Assembly: GCA_019057375.1 (NCBI GenBank)
Contig: DXJF01000055.1
Location: 1-11,789 of the forward strand
From: Candidatus Heimdallarchaeota archaeon
GTDB lineage: Archaea; Asgardarchaeota; Heimdallarchaeia; Heimdallarchaeales; Heimdallarchaeaceae
Length of the DNA: 11,789 nt
Reading direction: 5' to 3'
Shown: positions 6,319 to 11,789 of the stretch, piece after piece
How positions within the stretch are numbered: position 1 is the stretch's first letter
How the letters are laid out: every line of letters starts with the position of its first letter
Made by a program: the position numbers and the translations under genes
The notes under the pieces: model-generated
Told to the model about the DNA's origin: nothing
Seen by the model: the letters and a program-made list of their open reading frames with translations, nothing else
The model's database searches: none

Positions 6319-7623
6319 ATGGATGCTATAGAAAAAATAGGAAAACACATGCTTGTAGACGGTTATCCTTTAGTACTTGATTTGAAGAAAAGTCATGGAT
6401 GCAGATTAGTTGATAAAAAGAATGATAAAACCTTTCTTGATTTCTTTTCATTCTTTGCTTCATCACCTGTTGGAATGAATCATCCAGCAATGATGGAAAA
6501 GGATTTTCTAGATAATTTAGCAGAAGTTGCAGTAAATAAACCCAGTTGTTCAGATATCTATACTGATGAAATGGGTGATTTTGTGGAAACCTTTAGTAGA
6601 GTAGGAATTCCAAACGACTTGCCAAATCTTTTCTTAATCTCAGGTGGTGCTTTAGCTGTAGAGAATGCTCTAAAAACTGCTTTTGACTACAAAGTACGAA
6701 AGAACTTTTCTAAAGGTTTTGAAGATGAAGTAGGAAGTCAAGTAATCCATTTTGAACAATCTTTCCATGGAAGATCTGGATATACTTTAAGCTTAACAAA
6801 TACTTTTGATCCCAAGAAAACAAAGTACTTCCCTAAATTCCAATGGCCTAGAATTTCTAGTCCTAAAGTAACTTTCCCAATTGAAGATAATTTTGAGCAA
6901 ATTGTTATAGCTGAAGAGAAGAGTTGTCAGGAAATACATGATACTATCGAAAAATATGGTGATGATATCGCTTGTATGATAATTGAGCCTATACAAGCTG
7001 AAGGTGGAGATAATCATCTCCGTCCACAATTCTTCCAAAAACTTAGACAAATGGCAGATAATCATGACATACTATTAATCTATGATGAAATCCAAACTGG
7101 CGTTGGAATGACAGGAAAATTCTGGGCATATGAACACTTTGGAGATGCAAAACCAGATATTCTCTGTTTTGGAAAAAAAATGCAAGTGTGTGGAATATTA
7201 GCATCTGATAAAATTAAAGAGGTTGAAAATAATGTCTTTGAAGAAAGTAGTAGAATTAACTCTACATGGGGAGGAAATCTAACAGATATCTTCAGAGTAA
7301 CAAAATATCTTGAAATCATCGAGAAGGAGAATCTAGTTGGTAATGCTGCTAAAATGGGCGAGTATATGTTAAAGCAAGTAAAAGAACTCCAAGTTGATTT
7401 TCCAGAGAAAATATCCAATTGTAGAGGAAGAGGATTGTTCACTGCATTTGATTTAGAATCTACTGAAAAACGTGATCAATTCAACAAAGATTGTTATGCT
7501 AAAGAACTCCTTTTACTTGGTTGTGGAGAAAAAACTATCCGTTTCAGACCTTATCTCAATGTTACATCAAAGGAAATTGATGAATGTATGAGCATTCTGA
7601 GAGATGTTATGAAAAACCTTTAA
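6319..7623 (+). CDS. lat: L-lysine 6-aminotransferase (class III PLP aminotransferase)
   Basis: HMLVDG..VLDL..S.G, FLDFFSFFASSPVGMNHP, SGGALAVENALKTAFD, FHGRSGYTLSLTNT, EPIQAEGGD, DEIQTG, FGKK (PLP lysine) and STWGG match the LAT subfamily. Start is ATG 6319 or TTG 6313. Confidence 0.88.
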   Translation: MDAIEKIGKHMLVDGYPLVLDLKKSHGCRLVDKKNDKTFLDFFSFFASSPVGMNHPAMMEKDFLDNLAEVAVNKPSCSDIYTDEMGDFVETFSRVGIPNDLPNLFLISGGALAVENALKTAFDYKVRKNFSKGFEDEVGSQVIHFEQSFHGRSGYTLSLTNTFDPKKTKYFPKFQWPRISSPKVTFPIEDNFEQIVIAEEKSCQEIHDTIEKYGDDIACMIIEPIQAEGGDNHLRPQFFQKLRQMADNHDILLIYDEIQTGVGMTGKFWAYEHFGDAKPDILCFGKKMQVCGILASDKIKEVENNVFEESSRINSTWGGNLTDIFRVTKYLEIIEKENLVGNAAKMGEYMLKQVKELQVDFPEKISNCRGRGLFTAFDLESTEKRDQFNKDCYAKELLLLGCGEKTIRFRPYLNVTSKEIDECMSILRDVMKNL

Positions 7624-7668
7624 TTTCTCTTCCTTTTCTTTCTATGTTCGTTGTTTTGTGGTTTTTTT
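7624..7668 (+). terminator. U-rich archaeal-type terminator after lat
   Basis: Pyrimidine/T-rich tract directly after the stop, ending in T7 at 7662-7668. Confidence 0.45.
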
Positions 7669-7681
7669 GGGCACTGATACT

Positions 7682-7721
7682 AAAACTTATATGTTCAAAT
7701 CCAAAAAAGAGGGCAAGGTGA
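7682..7721 (+). promoter_or_regulatory. BRE/TATA (AAAACTTATAT 7682-7692) and SD GGTGA (7717-7721) for the formiminotransferase operon
   Basis: Same promoter motif as before rdhA. GGTGA ends 4 nt before ATG 7726. Confidence 0.65.
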
Positions 7722-7725
7722 AAAT

Positions 7726-8646
7726 ATGCCTCTGGTTGAATGTGTACCAAATTTCAGCGAAGGAAGAAATCAAGAGATTGTCGACCAAATCGTTGATGCC
7801 ATCCAAAAGGGTGGAAAAATCATTATGTTAGATATCAGAATGGATCCTGATCATAATAGAGCCGTTATTTCATTTATTGGTGAACCTGAAGAATGTGTTA
7901 ATGCTGCATTTGCAGGATGCAAGAAGGCTACTGAGTTAATAGATATGAATGAGCATAAAGGAGAACACAATAGATTTGGTTCTACAGATGTTATCCCCTT
8001 AATTCCAGTCACTGATATAACTCTAGAAGAATGTGCCGAACTAGCTCAAAAACTAGGAGAAAAAATTGCTAAAGAACTGAAAATACCTGTTTATTTCTAT
8101 GGAGCCGCTGCAAAAGATCCAGCAAGAGAAGTACTTCAGGATTATAGAACAAAATCATTTCAATATGAGCAGCTGAAAGAAGAAATAGCTACAAATGATG
8201 ACTACATTCCAGATGTTGGAGCTAAAAAGACACATCCCAAAGCTGGAGCAGTAAATATTGGAGCTAGAAACTTCTTAGTTGCTTACAATATCTATCTAGA
8301 TACCGATGACATGGAAGTTGCTAAGAAAATAGCTAGAAATATTCGTCATTCTGGTGGAGGATTAAGATATATCCAAGCTGGAGCAATGAATATTGAGGAA
8401 CGTGGAGTCGTACAAGTCAGTATGAATATAACCGATTTCAAAGGTACTCCTTTACATAGGGTGTTAGAAATGGTGAAGACAGAAGCAAAAAGATTCGGTG
8501 TTAATGTTACTGAATCAGAAGTTTACGGAATGCTTCCTCTTGATGCTCTTTTAGAAGCTGCGGAATTCTACTTACGATTAAACAATTTTGATAGAGATCA
8601 AATAATCGAAAAAAGAGTTTTTTCAAAAGGTGAGAAAAATGGGTGA
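7726..8646 (+). CDS. ftcd: Glutamate formimidoyltransferase (FTCD N-terminal half)
   Basis: LVECVPNFSEGR, DPDHNR, GEHNRFGSTDVIPLIP, GARNFLVAYNI and VQVSMNITDF are formiminotransferase signatures. Confidence 0.95.
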   Translation: MPLVECVPNFSEGRNQEIVDQIVDAIQKGGKIIMLDIRMDPDHNRAVISFIGEPEECVNAAFAGCKKATELIDMNEHKGEHNRFGSTDVIPLIPVTDITLEECAELAQKLGEKIAKELKIPVYFYGAAAKDPAREVLQDYRTKSFQYEQLKEEIATNDDYIPDVGAKKTHPKAGAVNIGARNFLVAYNIYLDTDDMEVAKKIARNIRHSGGGLRYIQAGAMNIEERGVVQVSMNITDFKGTPLHRVLEMVKTEAKRFGVNVTESEVYGMLPLDALLEAAEFYLRLNNFDRDQIIEKRVFSKGEKNG

Positions 8647-9277
8647 AATACTAATAGATAAAGTAGTAACAGATTTTTTGGATGAACTAGCTAGTGATGC
8701 ACCTGCACCTGGTGGTGGTGCTGCAGCTTGTATTGCAGGAGCCATGGGTGCGGCATTAGGTAGCATGGTTGCTAGACTTACAATAGGTAAGGAAGACTAT
8801 AAAGATGTTGAAAAATTTTTCAAGAAAAAATTGAAAAGAACTGAAGAGCTTCGCATTAAACTTACTGAGTTAACAGATAAGGATGCCAATGCTTTTAGTG
8901 GTGTAATTAAAGCATTTGGAATGCCTAAAGATACAGAAGAAGAGAAAGCAGCTCGTTCAGCGAAAATCTTAGCAGAGTACAAAGTAGCTGCAGAAGTACC
9001 TTTAGACACATGTATAGCCTGCAAGGAAGTAATTGATCTTCATTTAGAAATGGGAACTAAAGGCAATAAGCAAGCCCTTTCCGATATTGCAGTAGGTGCT
9101 CTCTGTGCTCTAACTGGTCTCAAGTCAGCAATGCATAATGTGGAAATTAATCTCGGTTGGATAAAAAACAAAGATGCTGAATATGCAAAAAAAATGTTTT
9201 CGCAGCTTGAAAAATTAGTTGAAGGCGTTGAAGAAAAAGTCAATATATTAGATGAAGAGATAAGAGCAACATTCTAA
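8639..9277 (+). CDS. Formiminotetrahydrofolate cyclodeaminase / methenyl-THF cyclohydrolase family protein (FTCD C-terminal half)
   Basis: DFLDELASDAPAPGGGAAA, MVARLTIGK, DANAF, VPL, GNKQALSD and NVEINL. ATG 8639 overlaps the upstream TGA and has GGTGA at 8629-8633. Confidence 0.93.
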   Translation: MGEILIDKVVTDFLDELASDAPAPGGGAAACIAGAMGAALGSMVARLTIGKEDYKDVEKFFKKKLKRTEELRIKLTELTDKDANAFSGVIKAFGMPKDTEEEKAARSAKILAEYKVAAEVPLDTCIACKEVIDLHLEMGTKGNKQALSDIAVGALCALTGLKSAMHNVEINLGWIKNKDAEYAKKMFSQLEKLVEGVEEKVNILDEEIRATF

Positions 9278-9296
9278 ATTCTTTTCCTTCTTTCTT

Positions 9297-9809
9297 TCAA
9301 TACTCGAAAGGTATATCATGTATTTCTATACCTGTTTTCCATTTTTTACTTTCTTTTTCTTTTAAATTCATAAATAGTTCAATATGTCCAAGTATGTTAA
9401 ATCCCATTTCATAGAATAATTTCATAGCTTTTTTATTTCTCGCTACAGGTCTTATGGACAGATATTTTATCTCCTTCTTGCTTGCGTGGTTGATAATGAA
9501 TCGTAATAATTTCTTCCCTATACCCTTTTTTCGATAAGCTGAGCTTATTATGATGGGTTCCACCTCTGCTTCCTTTCCTCTAACAATTAACCCAACCAAT
9601 CCAACTATCATCTTATCTACTACTGCTACCCAAATATTTTCTTCACCATATTTTTCTAAATGTTCGTTGAATGCTTGACCTGGATTCTCACCTCCAATAG
9701 AAGGATTATCATAAATTTCTTGATGATATTCAGTTAGTTCAATCCACATTTTCTGACAAAGTTCATTATCAGATACTTTGTAATTTCGAATCTTTACATC
9801 TTCTGACAT
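9297..9809 (-). CDS. GNAT family N-acetyltransferase
   Basis: Acetyl-CoA binding motif A (IIISSAYRKKGIGKKLL) and motif B (NKKAMKLFYEMGF). Confidence 0.9.
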   Translation of the reverse strand: MSEDVKIRNYKVSDNELCQKMWIELTEYHQEIYDNPSIGGENPGQAFNEHLEKYGEENIWVAVVDKMIVGLVGLIVRGKEAEVEPIIISSAYRKKGIGKKLLRFIINHASKKEIKYLSIRPVARNKKAMKLFYEMGFNILGHIELFMNLKEKESKKWKTGIEIHDIPFEY

Positions 9810-9918
9810 TTCCTTTCAAAAGAGATATTTTTAATATGTAATTAAAATTTGCGTCAAAGAAGTATCAACAGGATTATATGATTCTTATGTCTATCTAAAC
9901 CTCTTGTAAAACTAAATC

Positions 9919-9926
9919 TTTTATAA
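9919..9926 (+). promoter_or_regulatory. TATA box for the hypothetical gene at 9952
   Basis: TTTTATAA, 26-33 nt before ATG 9952. Confidence 0.5.
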
Positions 9927-9951
9927 TCAAATATCTGAGATAGAGTTGAAT

Positions 9952-10512
9952 ATGACAGGCCAATTACCCGATTCTTTTCTTTATGAGGATGAAGTCTATT
10001 CCCTTATTAGTATAGCTGATGAAGAACCTTTTACACCTTTAGATTATGATATTATACCACAAATGGCTTCAACAGCTTGTTGGAGAGGATTTGTTTTATA
10101 TTACAAATTAGATAATAATTCTCTGATTCTTCAGGATATGCAGCTTAATACCAAAGAAGCTAAGGAAATTAACAATATTAAACCTACAAAGACTAAAGAT
10201 ATGTTCAGATTTCACTACCAAGACTTGAACCTAAAACTAGATTATTCTGGTAAGTTATTGATTGCTCGTGACTTCATTGATGAGATGTATGTACATATGG
10301 GTTTTCAGAGACCTATTGCCTTTAGAAAAGTAGTTGAATTGGATTTCAAGAATGGTGAGCTTCTTTCAGTGAATGATTTGTCAGAACAAATGGAAAATAG
10401 AAGAAATAAGGCTCCTGCTGACGGTGCTAGACCTAAAACTATGAAAGACAAAGATGTGAAAAATTGGATAAAAGACACTTTTTCTCGAAAACACAACAAA
10501 GAAGAAAAATAA
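9952..10512 (+). CDS. Conserved hypothetical protein with STACWRG motif
   Basis: 187-aa ORF with host-like codon usage. MTGQLPD...STACWRGF resembles a widespread uncharacterised family (recognised from memory). TTG 9946 is an alternative start. Confidence 0.8.
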   Translation: MTGQLPDSFLYEDEVYSLISIADEEPFTPLDYDIIPQMASTACWRGFVLYYKLDNNSLILQDMQLNTKEAKEINNIKPTKTKDMFRFHYQDLNLKLDYSGKLLIARDFIDEMYVHMGFQRPIAFRKVVELDFKNGELLSVNDLSEQMENRRNKAPADGARPKTMKDKDVKNWIKDTFSRKHNKEEK

Positions 10513-10565
10513 GTTTTAAGCTGTTTCGATGATTTAAAATATGCATTTCTAATTGATTGATTGTC

Positions 10566-11108
10566 ATGGATATCTTTACTGATCTGGGAAAAAATTTGGA
10601 ATCTATAGATCTATCAATAGAAGCTCCTTTGAATTTCAGATTAGCTGCAGTTTTGGTACCTATTTTTACAAAGGGTCAGAAAATACTTTTCACTAAAAGA
10701 ACAGAAAACTTGACTCATCATCAAGGGCAAATATCTTTTCCTGGAGGAAGATATGACGATTTAGATGGGAATTTAGTAGAGACCGCTCTCAGAGAAACTA
10801 AAGAAGAAGTTGGAATAAAGAGAAGATCTATTCATGTTTTAGGTAGCCTTAATCCACTATTTTCAACGAGTATGCATTATGTTTATCCTTTAGTGGCCTT
10901 CATCGATGAAGATGTAGAATTAATAATTAATCCTGAAGAAGTGCAAGAAACTTTCTTTGCAGATATTCAGCAATTATTCCTCCCTGAAAATCATCTTTCT
11001 GGAACATTCAATAATCAAGAATATATGTACTATAATGTTGGAAAATATAAAATTTGGGGATTAACTCATCTTATACTTACTGATTTACATAGTAGATTGA
11101 AGAAATAG
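10566..11108 (+). CDS. Nudix CoA pyrophosphatase (NudL/PCD1/NUDT7 type)
   Basis: AAVLVP, the UPF0035-type motif LFTKRTENLTHHQGQISFPGG, an intact Nudix box ETALRETKEEVGI, and C-terminal IWGLT. Confidence 0.92.
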   Translation: MDIFTDLGKNLESIDLSIEAPLNFRLAAVLVPIFTKGQKILFTKRTENLTHHQGQISFPGGRYDDLDGNLVETALRETKEEVGIKRRSIHVLGSLNPLFSTSMHYVYPLVAFIDEDVELIINPEEVQETFFADIQQLFLPENHLSGTFNNQEYMYYNVGKYKIWGLTHLILTDLHSRLKK

Positions 11109-11110
11109 TA

Positions 11111-11581
11111 TCAGTCTTTATCCTGTTTCTCCATTTCTTCTATTATTTCATCAGCAATGGTTTTTGCCAGTTCATCAGCCAGTTCTTCATCAAGTATTTC
11201 TTCACCTTCAGCCTCCTCCTCCTCTGATTCAGGCATAATTAATACAGGAATACGTTGATCTTTGAGAAAATATTCAAAGGCTTCTGGTTGTGCCATAGCA
11301 TCCATCATATTACCTACTAACTCATTATAAGCTTCTTCTAGATTTATTATTGCATCTTGCATCTCTTGCCAAGGATAATATTCACTCTTGTTTGTATAAA
11401 AATGCTCAACCATTTCTTCTGGATCGAAAAATTGTTTTTCAACTTTATATCTTAAATTAGAGAGATGAGCAATGTTTGAGCGATATTTGTCCAGCATTTG
11501 ACCGCATTTTTGCATATATTGATTGAAAGATATCTCTTCCATATGTTCTAGAATTAATTCTAACATATAACTTATTCGCAA
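11111..11581 (-). CDS. Hypothetical acidic protein
   Basis: 156-aa ORF with a D/E-rich C-terminus. TTG 11581 follows a GTGAG, and ATG 11566 is an alternative start. No family recognised. Confidence 0.75.
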   Translation of the reverse strand: MRISYMLELILEHMEEISFNQYMQKCGQMLDKYRSNIAHLSNLRYKVEKQFFDPEEMVEHFYTNKSEYYPWQEMQDAIINLEEAYNELVGNMMDAMAQPEAFEYFLKDQRIPVLIMPESEEEEAEGEEILDEELADELAKTIADEIIEEMEKQDKD

Positions 11582-11730
11582 AATAGCTCACTTGATACCT
11601 CGAAGATACTGAATAAGTAAATTTCTTAAAGGGATAAGTTTCATTTGCAAAAACTTTAGAAGTCATATCTTTAACAGCTGCTGACACATACGTTATCAAA
11701 AGAAAACCAAAAAAATAGATTAGTGATATT

Positions 11731-11789
11731 ATGAGTTTTTCTAAGAAGAAAAAATACGTGAAGTATCAGCTGAATTACAAACAAAAACA
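11731..11789 (+). CDS. Possible N-terminus of a gene running off the window (MSFSKKKKYVKYQLNYKQK)
   Basis: ATG at 11731 preceded by GTGA, and the frame is open to the edge. Too short to verify. Confidence 0.3.
   Translation, partial: MSFSKKKKYVKYQLNYKQK

Noticed and set aside
1069-10499. Short antisense or alternate-frame ORFs (1069-1329, 1686-1868, 2681-2938, 5186-5407, 5600-5864, 6038-6250, 6793-7442, 8797-9243, 10305-10499)
   Set aside because: They lie wholly or almost wholly within well-supported genes and have the shadow-ORF composition expected of AT-rich coding DNA.
11457-11699. 80-aa minus-strand ORF
   Set aside because: It overlaps the acidic ORF out of frame, has a TTG start and shows no recognisable motif.
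1-11789. CRISPR array, transposase, integrase, rRNA or tRNA
   Set aside because: No regularly spaced repeats, terminal inverted repeats, recombinase motifs or stable-RNA signatures were found by eye.

Overview
AT-rich archaeal metabolic region. The TATA/BRE promoters, GGTGA Shine-Dalgarno sites, PIP box and TAT-less reductive dehalogenase are compatible with an Asgard-type archaeon, but that taxonomy is an inference. The window opens inside a GuaB/GMP-reductase-family gene. Its first 20 codons, missed by the ORF track, are the C-terminus of an intein (YNLEV...VHN) inserted directly before the catalytic Cys. Next come a Nudix-MBL-winged-helix fusion with degenerate catalytic motifs, a reductive dehalogenase-like protein fused to an ABCE1/RLI-type 2x[4Fe-4S] domain, and a DUF72 protein ending in a perfect PCNA-binding PIP box. 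A GC-rich structured ~90-nt intergenic element (candidate ncRNA) follows. The rest is an MFS transporter, L-lysine 6-aminotransferase, split formiminotransferase/cyclodeaminase genes, a GNAT, a conserved hypothetical, a CoA-pyrophosphatase Nudix and an acidic hypothetical protein. No rRNA, tRNA, CRISPR array or transposase was seen.
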